Assembly (NCBI GenBank): GCA_963514005.1
Contig: OY740811.1
Span: forward strand, 33,108,001 to 33,172,000
Length of the DNA stretch: 64,000 nucleotides
Source: Raja brachyura
Taxonomy: Eukaryota
Direction: 5' to 3'
This document shows, piece by piece, positions 37,324 through 51,136 of the stretch. The notes beneath the pieces are model-generated. The model was not told the origin of the DNA. It did not search any database and saw nothing but the letters and a program-made list of their open reading frames with translations. How positions within the stretch are numbered: position 1 is the stretch's first letter; each line of letters starts with the position of its first letter. A program made the translations under genes and the position numbers.

Positions 37324-37880
37324 CTGTAAATAGGGTAAAATAGCACAGGTTTAGAATCACAAAATGGAACAAAAATGAGAAAATAAATCTAGTCATTGTT
37401 TGCTGCAGTTTTAAAATATGAAAATATCAATGCAATTTATTTTTAAAAAGTATTTCAGTACATAGTAGACATTTTACAACTCAAGTGACTGACTTTAGTC
37501 ACATCGATAAGAAAGGAGCAGCAGGAAAATAGTAGCCCCATGAGGAATGCAACATCACAATGCAACCAGTTCTTTGACTTCAATCCAGCAGGCTCCGGGT
37601 TAAATTGAAGTAAATTTCATTAAACTTTTGATTTTTCTCCATTTTTAAGTGATTGGTATCTCTGGGTTTTGAACCAAAAGTAAACTGTTTTGGAAATAGT
37701 GACCGAATTACATTAATAATTCACTTGTGATATTAATCTTTTTTGAATAGGAGTATATTTAGAAGGTTATCTTGATTACACAGCGCAAAAGGTATCTCAT
37801 TGCAACGCAATATTACAAAAATGACCGTAAACTTGAAAAACAACTTTATTTTCTTCATATGATATTGCAGTGATTTTTAC

Positions 37881-38014
37881 CTCAATTCCTCCAAGACTGC
37901 CGGAGAAAGGTCGATCTACTAGACGTGGTTTATAGGTGAGCACGGTCGTGGCCTTCAGAATGACTGCATTTGTATCATGGCATGACATGTCTTCAACCAC
38001 TACAAATTCAGTAC
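37881..38014 (-). CDS. VPS13D: VPS13D exon (~ex32) GTEFVVVEDMSCHDTN...SLGGIE
   Basis: ttccacAG|GT, GAG|GTAAAA; 134 nt. Confidence 0.94.
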
Positions 38015-38223
38015 CTGTGGAAATAATTATCGTTGGTTCTTTAAGTCAAGCTAAATTGGGATTAGGGACAGAAATGACATTTAACCCTTAAACTACACAA
38101 CTGAAAACAACAATCCCATTCAATGGGAGTAGCGCAAAAGAATATTACTTGATTTGGGCATGGTCCATTTGCAAATCACATGGTGAGGAACTGGTTTGGT
38201 AGCGTGTAAATGAATGGTTTTGC

Positions 38224-38665
38224 AGGCTGTCACACTGCGGCGACCTAATTGGCGAGTTTGGGGGAGTTAGAAAAAAATGTCACGTTGAAGACCTCCTTCA
38301 ACTATGTAGAAGACTAGCTTCGGCTAGCTTCGGGAAAATTGGACACCGAATAGTGGAGAGTGAAGACGACCTCCTTCGATCTCCTTCAACCTCCCTTCGA
38401 TTATGTTAAAGACTATCTACGACTACCTTCGACTACCCTCGATTACCTACGACTAACATGCCGACCTACTACGACTAAACCTACGAGTAAAAAAAGTATC
38501 TATTTTTTCCATGGCGACTCTTTTTAACTTGCGGGCATTTGGCAACGTGTCGAGCATGAAGGAGAGTTACAAAGACCTCCTAGGACCTCGTGTCGACCAT
38601 GCTGCGAGTATGAGTCGAGGGCAAACTCGTCTGAATTCGCGGATTAGATTGCCGCAGTGGGACTT
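38224..38665. mobile_element. PIF/Harbinger-type MITE with eroded termini
   Basis: GTCACACTGCGGCGACCTAAT ... ATTAGATTGCCGCAGTGGGAC; internal CTACGAC/CTTCGA repeats. Confidence 0.7.
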
Positions 38666-39368
38666 TATCAACTCAAATTCACTATGTGCTTTAATCAGAT
38701 TTGACATTCAGATATTGTAAGAAATAGATCACTGAAGCCAATAGATGGCAATTTGCACCTCAGGACACCGCTGACTAATGCATGTACAAACAATTCTGTG
38801 AAAGCAGGAATAGAAATTCAAGAAATATCTTCTGCAACTGATGGCTAAAATTATATTTTTTGCATTTGAGGAAGGCTCAGCATTGTATAGTTTACCCCAC
38901 TGAATTATTTTTCATACATGAACTCTTGCTGCCCCAAGATTTTGTGATGAACATAAGTCATGCGTGTCCGAGCAAATAAAATGATTGTTAACAAGCGACT
39001 TGAAAGCAGTGAGCCCCATTCACCCATCAACATCACATTTGTGCACGGTCCAGCCAAAACTGCCAGCTGGTCCTCATGGTGTAAACCACTGGTAATTTTA
39101 ATTCTTCCAAGTCCAGATGAATCCATGCTAAATTATTATGTTTCAACTGTTGTCCAAACACCACCACCTAATTCAGGGGAGAGAGAATTTCAAACTGTCT
39201 GTCCAATGCCTATGCAGCTGACTACTATACCCTTACCGCTATGACCACAGGAATGGAGATTTTAAGGAAATATAAAATTATTCTCCAGATACTCCTGTGA
39301 AATAGATCTGGGAACAAATAAGCATATAAACATGTATTAGCTCCCTAAAGATAAATTGCAGTTGTTAC

Positions 39369-39631
39369 CGGTTACATTGATTTTCACTTCCAGGTATTTC
39401 TCATTTGGCATTGGCACTGACGAACGCTTTGTGACAACTCCATATTTCACAGTTTTGGGAATCAACACTTCGTTGCCCACTTTTCGGTCACGTGCTGGCG
39501 AGGCATTTTCTGGTTTCTTTGGGCTGTCAGACGTTTGCAGGAAATCGCGCACAAGCATCAACCAATCAAATATGACAAAAACACGGAGGTTATTCAGAAC
39601 CACTGTGAAACATGAAGCATCTCTGGTCGAC
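39369..39631 (-). CDS. VPS13D: VPS13D exon (~ex31) STRDASCFTVVLNNLRVF...EVKINVT
   Basis: within ORF 39337..39675; ccccAG|G, G|GTAACA; 263 nt. Confidence 0.95.
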
Positions 39632-40277
39632 CTGGGGAATGAAAAATAAACATTCACCACTGAGCAAGGATTCAATTTATCCTGGAGTTGTTTCTATGTT
39701 CACTGACTCTTAACTCTATCTCATCGGTTATTCTGTTGTTGTACTTTGTGTTGCTCGGATTTTGTACTCCAACCTTGCACTATTCTGGTGTTTTGCACTC
39801 ATTGTATTTATTATTACTGTATGTACACTGTTTACTCTGTCAGCTTCATGTGAATAAGGAATTTCAAGGAATTCTACTTGTGGTGCATTTAACAAGAACC
39901 TTTTCTAACCTAATCAGGAGTTGACAAGGTCTGGAGCAAAACATGATCATATTGAATGGTGGTGCAGGTTTGGGAAGCTGAAAGGCTGCTCCTACTTGTG
40001 TTATTCTATTGTTTCATAAAAAAATATGTTAACTTACACAAGGATTCAGTTCTTATGGGTACTGATGGTCTTGCCAATAAATTATCAAAATACCCATTCT
40101 TCATTTATGAACAAGAAGAAGCCCACACTGGACACTCATTCATTGGGAATGTCACAATTGAGCCTGAGCTGTCATTATGAGATATCCACAGTGATTTCAG
40201 CTTGGGCCCATTTCTAATCATAGATATGAAAAACCTCTATTAATTGCAATGCTAAAACAGCTATATTGTTTTGTCAC

Positions 40278-40490
40278 CTGTAATGTAGTTCCATTTGCAA
40301 GGAAGCTTGGTTGCTACCACTTTTTGATGCATCCAAAATGCATCGAAACACATTCGTTTTAAGGTCTGGGTTGTTTGCTTTTCCAGCGCTCCGTGTGTCA
40401 TGAGCCATCATTGAGTGGGAGACCAGATTTACAGACTTTGTCGTGTTTGAAAAACTCTCATAAAGTAGCTTCGACTTTTTGAAATCAAAC
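40278..40490 (-). CDS. VPS13D: VPS13D exon (~ex30) FDFKKSKLLYESFSN...QMELHY
   Basis: tttttcAG|G, AG|GTGACA; 213 nt. Confidence 0.93.
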
Positions 40491-41362
40491 CTGAAAAAGA
40501 AATAGTTAACCTAATTCATAAACTCAGCAAGATTTCACAGTACATCTTCCAGTGATTTAAATAGGTAATATTCACTTGTTAAAATCCTTACATTGAATCA
40601 TAGTACAGTGAAGGAAGCTAATGATCAACTGATTTCAAGACAGTTTGATTCAAGAGTAATCCAGCCGGTCACACACTCTCGCAACAGTACTTATTCAGTT
40701 TCACTTCTGAACACCACAATCACATCTGCTTCTTTTGCCCCTTCCGACCGTGCATTCCAAATCATTCATGTTGGACGGGTGCTCTTCCATTTGAACCTTC
40801 AGTCTGATACAGAATTCACACTGCTGCCCGATATCATCTTTAGTCTATAAATTCCTACGTGTCCAATTATCATGAAAACTGCGTCCGTAAACGGTCTATC
40901 GTGATGCCGTCCTTCCTGTGGTAGCGCAGACCTCTCAGGTGTGCATCAGAAATCCTCGGCTTGTTCTGGTGGGAACAATTCCCTGCTGCAACCAATTGCT
41001 TTTACTCCTTCCCTAATCAATGTATTTATACAAATCTGGAAACGGTACAAATTTCAAGTCCAATTTGGCATTAATTTGGCATGCTTGCCTTGATTCAACC
41101 ATCTGCCTTCTAACTCTTCTTCAATCAAGGTCTCGATTTCTATTTGATCGATGGTTTCAACACATGCACAGGATTAATTGCAATGTATAAATTTGATACC
41201 AATTTTATTTACAATCCACAGAAATATCACAATGGAAGGTTTAGTTTATTGTCAATTGCACCGAGGTATTCTCAGTTATTCTTCTGCAATTTGCCCGATT
41301 GAAGGAGCCCAATATAAGGTGCGTGACAGGGGAGAACTACATGTACAAATAGCAGCAAATAC

Positions 41363-41478
41363 CTTGCTAGTGAACTGCTGCTTGCGTTCTTGCCCTTTGA
41401 CCCGAGAAGCTCCAAGCTAACATTCATCATATCGATGAGAAACGACATGTTCGTGTATACCTCTCCGGTGAGAACAGT
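41363..41478 (-). CDS. VPS13D: VPS13D exon (~ex29) TVLTGEVYTNMSFLIDMM...SLAR
   Basis: ttctcAG|ACT, AG|GTATTT; 116 nt. Confidence 0.94.
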
Positions 41479-41759
41479 CTGAGAAGACCAGAAACAATTA
41501 AAATAAACCAAATGCCTGAAAAGAATATTAGAAACCTTGTTCATCAACATTTTTTTGTGACAAGAAGCCAAAACCTGAATGGTTTCTGTTACACGTTTGC
41601 ATGTTTTGGCGGACAATTTGCTGGGCTTGGGAACTCCTATTGCCTTGGTGAGGGAATATTGCACCTGGGGCCTCAGCGTACAAGCCAAGCAAATAAACAT
41701 CAGTAAAGTGACCGAGTACCTAAGGTCCAAGGAAGAAAGCGGGGGGTAGATCAGAGTGG

Positions 41760-41995
41760 ATGAATTAAAAGTTCAAATTAGTACACAACTGTGTGGGGCA
41801 AGTTATTTTATACACAGAGCAGTGGGGGCCTGGAATGCATTGCGCCAGGGGTGGTGGTAGAGGCAGATTCAAAAGTGGCGTTTAAGATAGGCACACGGAA
41901 GTACAGGGAATAGATCAGTTTAACTTGTCATGATGTTTTGGCACAAATATTGTGGCCCGGAGGGCCTGTTCCTGTGCTGTACTGTTCTATGTTCT
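41760..41995 (+). mobile_element. degenerate CR1 3' end
   Basis: ACACAGAG..GTG..G.CTGGAATGCATTGC coding remnant and GGGCCTGTTCCTGTGCTGTACTGTTCTATGTTCT tail. Confidence 0.6.
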
Positions 41996-42220
41996 TAAAT
42001 ATTAAATATTATTAAAAAGGGCGGTGAGGTGGGGGAAGAGAGAGCAAGGGTGAATGTGAAGGACAAAGAGGGAAACATGGCACAGGAGAACGGGGTAGAT
42101 TGGCATGGGAACAAGGATCCTAAACATTATCCTGCAGGAATGGGATTCATTTCAGCCATGCTTTTAACTTGATCCATTTCTTACCCCAAATATTTCTAGA
42201 TCCTGTTATGTTATACTTAC

Positions 42221-42392
42221 ATGTATGCTGGGGTCCTGCAAATCAAATGGCCTCATGAACTCTTCAATAGGCTCCCCTAAATTGTTCTGTATTAATCCAC
42301 GGATTAACTTGTATTTACCAAGGTCCAAAGAGCAATGGACTGATGAGAGACTGCCATGGATGGCCATATCAGGGACTGCATGGCTGATCTCC
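42221..42392 (-). CDS. VPS13D: VPS13D exon (~ex28) KEISHAVPDMAIHG...RPFDLQDPSIH
   Basis: ctcAG|G, CAT|GTAAGT; 172 nt. Confidence 0.94.
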
Positions 42393-43087
42393 CTGAGTGG
42401 ACAGAAGGATAGTCACAAGAAGGCACAGTACAGCTGGTGCAAAATCTCATTCTGAGCAACTTCAGAAATGGCTCATCAATATAAAATATGATAAATGGAA
42501 CAATGGGAGGTTCAATTCTTTTATCCTCTAAGTTTTATAAAATGGCATCTCAGACCTTTAACCAACCCTACTATTTGCTGTGATGGATAAGCAACTCAGG
42601 AAAACTAAATGTAAGCAAAAAATGTAAATACTTTGTAAATCAGAATATTTCACCTCTCTCGTCATCTCAAACCCTTTCATTATTCAACCTCCACTCTGTC
42701 ATTATCACTGTTTCTCGTTAAAAGTGTTAAATGTATGCACTGCAATCCTCCAATAGCTTATTCAATACCTCCATATGTAATTTATAGTCGATGCCAACTA
42801 TTTTGTCCTCACTACTTTTGAACAAAATAAGTAATTTCCAATTTGTTTTAAAAAGCACAGTAAATTTATCATGTTACCAAATGTCTGTGCAATAATTTTC
42901 ACAGTGAAGCTCCTTCCCCACTGCCTACTGTCTTCTTTATGTTATTGATCAGCAAGTAAATCGCACGGAACAATGTCAGATGGAATTGCAAAGTGCGAGG
43001 ACATACACACATCATTGTAGAGCCTGGGGAGGTATGGAGGAACAATTTAGTGGTCATTTCATCAGGCTGGAAAGAACAAACACATAC

Positions 43088-43298
43088 TTATCCAGGTTAC
43101 GTTCAACCTGCAGTTTCAGACAGCATCGTTCTTTCAGCAGGTTCCCATCAAGATGTCTGACCAGATAGGATGGGAAATGCAGGTCTGAAGCACTGCTTTC
43201 AGGCCTTCCAGCACGCTCCCTGGGATGTCTCTCTGCAGTGAAGATATCCATATCTTGTAGGTCAACCACAATGCAGTCTAGCAGGCAGATATGCTCTT
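43088..43298 (-). CDS. VPS13D: VPS13D exon (~ex27) EEHICLLDCIVVDLQDMDIF...LQVERNLD
   Basis: ttttttcAG|AA, AA|GTATGT; 211 nt. Confidence 0.94.
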
Positions 43299-43503
43299 CT
43301 GAAAAAAGGAAGTATTTGCACTAAAACCTTGGAAATATTTCAATTTTGTACACTGAGTAACAGGCAAACATTTCTCAAAAATACATTCCTTTGCAAATGA
43401 TATGCAAGTGAATAGAAGATGACCATCTCGGCTTATTACATTTTCTTATTATCTCTAGCCTGCTTTCCAAGATGAAGACATTTTTTGGAACTTGCTTTAT
43501 TAC

Positions 43504-43738
43504 CCTCGGATTCCTTTAGGTCCACATTCTGAGGTTGAGCATGCTGCCCTCCTTCCTGTATTTTCTGTTTTGCACCAGCTTCAGATTCACACGGTGGCTT
43601 ATTATGAAGAGTTTCTCTGGAGCAACCAGCACCAGAGCCAAGTTTGTCTGGTCTGCAAGGAATGGATAGAGGATCTGATGTGGTGCTCGTTGCGGTCTTC
43701 TGATTTAATATTTCTTCAGATGGGAAGTTGGCAGGTTC
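43504..43738 (-). CDS. VPS13D: VPS13D exon (~ex26), divergent linker EPANFPSEEILNQK...DLKESE
   Basis: within ORF 43436..43756; tttcatgccAG|GAA, G|GTAATA; 235 nt bridges phase 0 to phase 1 exactly as required; sequence poorly conserved. Confidence 0.8.
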
Positions 43739-44811
43739 CTGGCATGAAAGAACCAAAGGTTTGAGGAAGCAACAACAACGCTACAGATGAAAGGCCAAAA
43801 CTCAGCATCACTGTATGTTTAAAATATGTAATCTATCCAAATATACATTTGAAAGGTTATAATGTAAATTAATTGCTGACTTAACCATTTAGCCTCATTG
43901 CAGCTTTTTTGCAGGGATTTGTTCCCATTATCTGTCATGTTGGTTGCATCTACTACATCCTAATGTCTCTAGATACAGCTTTTGGGGTTAACAGAATCAA
44001 GGGATAAGAGGAAAAAGCAGGAACGGGACACTGATTTTGGATGATTGAATGGTGGTGTGGCTCGAAGGGCCGAATGGCCTCCTCCTGCACCTATTTTCTA
44101 TGCTTTTCACATAATTAGAGCTGAGTGAATCACTTCCCGAGCAAAATCCTGATTAGAGATAACCAAATTACTGGTATACTTATTAACTCAAAAAGATAAT
44201 TCTTTGGGCCAGGGAGATCAATTAACCCAGGAAGATAAAAGACATTTCAAATGCTCACAAAATCATTCTGCACTTTTTCCATGTCTGGTTACAAGGTACC
44301 AAGCAGTGCATTTGGATGAACTATTTTGATATCCAACCTTTTAAAGCTGGAAATAAAAAATGGATAGAGAGGATTACAGGTTTACATATTTTAAAATTCA
44401 GTTGTGTTTATTAAACAAAAAACACTCATCAAAAATACAGATCACTCCCAATTTAAATAATGCAAACTTACTATTTTCTATATTTGGTAATCTCTTTCTT
44501 CATAAAGCCAAAGAAAAAGCACTGTGCAACCTTTGGGAATGAACAGTGAATTCTTTATCTTCAGGTGATCTAATTTCACATTGTTCCCCCACCAATCACA
44601 CTTATATCAATTTCTCACCGTTTCTTTTAAATGCCTCATTAATGGTCAGTTCTTATGTTCGTGACCTGTCATAACTTATCTGGAGAAAGGTCTCGACCTG
44701 AAACATCACTTATCCATGCCTTCCAGAAATGCTGCCTGACTTACTAAGTTACTCCAGCACTTTGTGCCTATAATTTGGAAACCAGCATCTGCCGTTCCTC
44801 ATTTAGTTATT

Positions 44812-45120
44812 TTAGTTTAGTTTAGAGATATGGCACAGAAATAGGCCCTTCGGCCTACCGAGTCCACACTGACCAGCGATCCTCGCGCATTAACACTATA
44901 TAACACCAGGGACAATTTTTACATATATACCAAGCCAATTAACCTACAAACCTGTGCGCCTTTGGATTGTGGGAGGGAACAGAAGTTCTCGGAGAAAACC
45001 CACGTGGTCACGGGGAGAACGTGCAAACTCCGTACAGGTAAGCACCCGTAGCCAGGATCGAACTCGGGTCTTTAGCGCTGTAAGTGACGTAAGGCAGCAA
45101 CTTTATTGCTGTGCCATTGT
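44812..45120 (-). mobile_element. HE1-type V-SINE
   Basis: reverse complement of the element at 60015-60327, with (TTTAG)n tail. Confidence 0.85.
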
Positions 45121-47054
45121 TTCTCCACAACCTATCTCTGCATTCTCACCCCTGCCCACCTAGTTCTGAGGAAGGGTTGCTGATTTGAAATAGTGACAGG
45201 CTCTCTTTCCACACATGCTGCTTGAATGACTGAGTTCTTGCAGCATTTCCGTTCTTATTGCAAAATACTTTGACTGCTGGAAATCTTAAATTAAAACAGA
45301 ACATGCTGCAAATACTCAGACGATTAAACGGAGTATGTCCAGTGCTTCCAATTACTAATTCTTTCCAGGTGGCGTTATATTATCATTTTAGTGCTTGTTG
45401 CTAAAATGGCAGCAAAAATACAATGAACAATTAGAGGAAGTTAGAAAAGGCATTATAAAGATTGGCTATTTTGCTATTTATAGTATATACTACCCAGCAA
45501 CTATGGGCCTGTTCAGTCTGAAGAAGGGCCCCAACCCAAAACACTGTCTGCCCATTTCTTTCCAGAGGTGCTGGCTGACCCGTTGAGTTCCTCCAGCACT
45601 TTGCTTTTCATTCAATATTTCAGCATCTATAGTCTCTTGTGCCTCCACCCTATTAATTCTATCAGGCTCACAAAAGGAAAACCACTATTTGTGAAGGGTG
45701 TGAAGTAAGCACAGCAACCATTATATAAACTCTTGCATGAAATGCTACTCCAAGATTTAAACAAGGCTTCATGCTGCAGCCATATCCTTCCTGTTTTAAA
45801 TTGATTGCAGTGTACAATTACCGACTAAAATGACAGAGCTCACAGCGACACGGTGCTCCCTTGGTCAGAAGAATCTGAATATGATACTGTTCCTTTGGTT
45901 TCAGCCAGTTCATTCCAAGAATGCAAAACAATGTATTTTTGTCATTTTCGTTTACATTTAAGAATATCTGGGTTTCATGTGATTGTGGCGATTACAGGTA
46001 TTAGTACAATTCTGTAGCCAGTGAAATTCTTTGGTAGATTAATGTACATTTATTTTTAAACCGCTGTCAACGACTTCATCCATTTGCAATGTAGCTATAA
46101 TCCGATCTCAAGCCAGTCCAATATATTGATTATATTATATTATGGCACTATGTTCTAGCAGCAGAGAGTTAGGCTATATCGGCTCAGAAGCCATCTCTTC
46201 AGCATACAATGAATGGAAAATAAATAGAACAATGTCAAGATAAAATATAGCAAATTTATGTTCCACATCTCGAGCAACTTCAAATCGGTAACTAGAGCAA
46301 AGTGAAGAAAATGCAAGTGACTGTCAGTTTGTTACATAATAAGATAAAAACGACCAGGCTTTCATTATCCTTTAGGAAAGTATGCACTCCATTACGCAGG
46401 AGAGATGTTCCAAGCTAGTATTTACACACAGATTAAAAAATAAAAACACAAGGAAAATAGTAGGAAGATAAATGTTTATCAGAAACAAAAGCATGTCTTA
46501 TAATAGCAGCAGGTTGCACACCCATCCTCTGTCGTTCAGTGCAATGATGCATGCCTGCAGAAGTGGTGGCATTTTCACTGCAATCCAATACAAGCTTTGT
46601 CATTTAATGATTAAAGCGAATAAAAATTAATCATTTTTTCAGCCAACTTTAACAAAGCAACAAGTTCTCTTGTACTGAGTGCTAGTCAATAAACATGCAA
46701 TTTGTTGTGTTTGCAGATTGGAAATTTAATTATAAAACGGAAGGTTATGAAGTCCCTCCGTTAGGGAAGCTGTCCACAGACCAAATGACAGCAGAAATAA
46801 ATCTGTTTTAATTGTGCAAGGTAATCCTGACTAACTTCAGGATCAACTGAATGGAAATAATTATGTAGTGTCGACAGGTACATCTGAGATTCATGTTATA
46901 ATTCAGATTATCTGGTCAACTATACACCCAAAACATAACATTACATATTTACATTTAGGGAAACTCATGAGATTGTAATGAATTCCTTTGAAATGAGTTG
47001 GCCACAGCAGTAATCTGTCTTTATATAGTATTTTTAACATTGTTATACAGGTAG

Positions 47055-47159
47055 TAGAATAGAATAGAATGCCAAGTATTGTCATTCAAACAGACATGGT
47101 TCGAACGAAATTTCATTCGAACCATGCCTGTTTGAATTCTATTCTATTCTTCTATTCTA
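47055..47159. repeat. palindrome made of two opposed LINE-like 3' tails, bounded by (AGAAT)n and (ATTCT)n
   Basis: 47084-47137 self-complementary about GAAA|TTTC with two mismatches. Confidence 0.75.
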
Positions 47160-48334
47160 ATACATGGCTGGTCAAAGGGAAAATTTGCATCTGCATCTAA
47201 GAAGAGGAGACAGAGATATGGAGGTGAAGCAATTTAGGGGGCAAATTCCAGAGTTCTGGCTATGTCCAGGCCACCACCAATTCAACAAGTAAAATTGAGA
47301 GTACAGAAGACCAGAAAGAGAAGAATGCAGCTGTACCACAAATTATCAGTGAACAGAAGGTGATATGTGTGTTGCAGAATTTTTGATAACTTCAAGTTTA
47401 GAGGGTAGAATGCTGGAAATTACCCGGGATGAGTATTTTAGCAGAAGGTATACTGAGGTAGAATTATATTAAACTGACTAAACAGGACAACGAACAGCTT
47501 GCACATAATTTCCATCGGTGGTACTGACATAATACGGAAAAGAAACATGATCAACACAACTGATTCAGGTGCAATCAGGGACAGTGTTTTTTTAATTTCT
47601 ATCTCATACCCGAGTTAAAATGCATTTGCTGTTGTCACCAAATGGTTTAACAAGAATTGTATGCCAGTTTATACGGTCATTGCAGCCTAATCTGTGATAA
47701 CTCAATCAATTATCCTGGTTTCACAGAAGCTGAATGGGGAATCACTGCAGTGGCACGGGTTATTGATTGGGGACGATCAGCCATGATCACAATGAATGGC
47801 AGTACTGGCTCGAAAGGCCGAATGGCCTCCTCCTGCACCTATTTTCTATCTATCTATCTATGATTCACGAGGGTCATTCAACTCAATATTAAAAACTACA
47901 GAGAACACAAGGCAATTTTCATGCAGGTGCCTGAAACACGAGCACAGTCAGTTCAAACTGGTGCAGGACACCTCTTAAATACATCACATGCAGGAAATAG
48001 GGTCAAATCAAACTCTCACACACCCTTTGCAGATGATTTTCTGTGTTCATATACAAATCAATGATGCATGCCTATATCTATTCCCTTCAACAGCTGGAGG
48101 CAAACTCATTCACAAAATGTCATGGACATTCATTCTTTTTTTTATAGAACGGACACCAGAGCTCTTTCTCACATAGATTTCTCCCCAAATATTAAAATAA
48201 TTTTTGCAACCCATTCATTCTCTGCAGAGGAGGCTGGGGGTTTCATTTACCAACATGTTTCACCCTCAAAATTGAGATTTAAACATCTTTCATCAGTCCA
48301 TTTCATTTTCATCATTGAGAGCATGAGCAAGGAC

Positions 48335-48652
48335 CCACTACACTCTCATTATACTCCTGCTATCAGGAAGAAGGCACAGGAGTCTGAAAACTGTGACTTC
48401 CAGGTTCAGGAACAGCTTCTTCCCAACAGCCATTAGGCTCCTAAACACTACAAACATCAACTAAACTACCAATTTACTTGGTTGCAACGGGACTTTAGGC
48501 TCTTGTTTTGGACTAATATTGTTTATAAAAAATGTATTGAACATTTTGTTTTATTGTGTTATCTACGAGTACTGTGTTTACAGACCTGTTATGCTGCTGC
48601 AAGTAAGAATTCTATTGTCCCTTTTACATTATTTATTAAACACTTTTGACTT
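48335..48652 (+). mobile_element. Rex1/Babar LINE 3' fragment
   Basis: translates as LLSGRRHRSLKTVTSRFRNSFFPTAIRLLN, then a UTR ending in GACTTGA. Confidence 0.7.
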
Positions 48653-50953
48653 GAAGTACCCATATCATTTTGATCAACGCACTAATGTTGAATGTCAAAT
48701 CCTAAATCCAAGTGCATTGTTAAGGCATGAAAACCAGAATCAATAGGTTCCCACCTCATATGTTTCACACTCAGCTGCAATATATAAAATACTTGAATAA
48801 TTCCAAACCATTTAAGTTGGCATTTGCATCATTACTAAATAGCTGGATATCCTCTGCAGTGTACAGATCAGAACAATCTACGGATTATAATCATCTACTA
48901 TAGGTGCAATTACTTGGGAGACAGTGCAAAGTGCATGAACACACGAGGAAATATCACACTACACATTGCCTGTGCAAAAGCATTCAAAGAGGTGATCTTG
49001 TCAGTGTACCTCAAATAATGATGGGTCCTTGTATGAATTGGCGTGCAAAATCAAATTCTCAGAAAAAGAAAAAAGGCAAATAAATAAACTTAAACCAACA
49101 TTACGTCACATGTTATGAAAATAAATCAACCAACCACTTTAAGTGTTTACAGTGAACGCAAAAGAAAAAATAAATAAACAGCATGCTTGCTTTCTTCAGA
49201 GGAACACTGCAAAATGTTGCATTTAATTATACATAGTCTAGGAATTTTTTGTATGCCTTTGAACCTGGGATTTACAAATGATTTATTTTGCACTACATTA
49301 AATTAAAAATTAATGGACTAGCACACATGTTATGCTAACATAATCACTTCCATATATAAGTGAAATTTGAAGAGAACATTTTCTACCATGGGTGAGGATG
49401 TTAATGGTGGATAATCCAGTCTTTTGAACTCCTGTCAAAGAGGAAATAGTGATTCCCCAGACAGCCTCAATCCTGGGTCATGTTCAGGATACAAGCTATT
49501 ATCGTGACAACATGGCCTCCACTCCAGGTCATTCACAGCCCATCAGTCATTACCCGAAGCAAAGCTTAACTGCCAGCAAACTTGCAATTAGCTTGACAAC
49601 GCAGGCCCGATTCAATGCAGAATCACCAATCACTGTCGGTCTCAAGTCAGCTTGTGGAACACTGTTATTATTCTTACAAGACAGGTAAAATTCAAGATTA
49701 GATTTATACAGCTCATCTGTTATGCTGACAATTTTAAACCAGGAAAATGCAGCAGACACTCATTATCCTCATCAAACAGCATTCACCGAGTTCAAGTAGG
49801 AACACGATCATTTTGCCTACACTGCCTCACTTAGTTGAGAAACAAATCCAAATAGTTGCCTTCTATTTAATATAGTAAGTAAAGGATTCAAAGGTAATGA
49901 TATAATACGTGTGGTGCTGGCTCGAAGGGCTGAGTGGCCTACTCCTGCACACATTTTCTGTTTTCCACCAATTTTCCTAATGCAGCAAAAGTCCAATTGA
50001 ACAAGCTATCCCATCCACAGAGTTATTCTACAATGATGAGCTGGGCAGTAAGTAGTTATACTATGCAGTATACCACAACAAAACCAGTTGCCGACCTCAC
50101 TGACTGATGTCAATTTGCACAGGAGGTGTAGGAAACCTTTGCTTTTCATTTCTTGTCTGGTCTGTGATGTCAATACTAACTGCAGGAACCATCATAAACT
50201 GGAGTTTCTAACTCACAATCTCAATTGCGCAACTCAACTTTTAGAAATCAACCTATCAGACAGACTCCTCATGTGGCTTCAGTCATCTGATAACATTCAA
50301 TGCAGAATTACAAATCACTGTTAACTTTCATGTCACAGTAATTATCCTTTAAAACATTTGGAATTCCAGTTAAAAAGTATACAACTCAATGATTAAGCTT
50401 CATCTGCCTTTGCAAATAAAAGAAAAACAATTCCTATCCATAAATTGAGCAACTTTAAGCTTGTCATACACAAACGATCAAGACTCAATTTTACCTCTAA
50501 CAACTCTTCAGACATGTCTCACGAAACTATCAATGGCTTTGTTGACAAGACTTTTCCACAACTTTGTGCTCTATGTTCCTCTTTCTCAACCATCATATTT
50601 AATGACATTTTCCTAGATTTCCAAGATATGGCTCAATTAAAGACTTTAATAAATATTTCAGTGCATGGAATAATGTTGAAGGTTTATCAGAGAGAGGAGC
50701 TAGGCAAGTTCAATCTATAATGATTGTGGAACTGTTCAGGAGTCTCGCAAAATGTGTTCAAACACTTGGCTCCATTTTTATTTTCCTAATAAGATGAGTG
50801 ATTATAGTCTCTAAATAAACATAACCAGAAATATGAAACATAAAATTAAATGAGAAAAAATTGGTTAAAAAAAAAATCAGAGAAAATAAAAAATGATTGG
50901 AATTTTTCTCCAGCTAAGCGAGAACAACATGAATTTTGGAATTTATTTTTTAC

Positions 50954-51136
50954 CTTGTCTCGCAGCGAGAATGTCCCTGGTGATCCAGCAAACAAGAACT
51001 GGTTCTTCACTTTCAGTTTACCAAGGTTTGCCACAATCAGCTGATTTGATTTGGAGCTTTCTGGGATTAGGACGACTGGAGCACCAGCCTCAATGTCGAG
51101 CAGGATCCGAGAGGCCCTCTGTGCCTTGTCTCGCAC
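50954..51136 (-). CDS. VPS13D: VPS13D exon (~ex25) VRDKAQRASRILLDIEAGAP...TFSLRDK
   Basis: within ORF 50846..51136; tctAG|GTG, AAG|GTAAAA; 183 nt. Confidence 0.95.
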
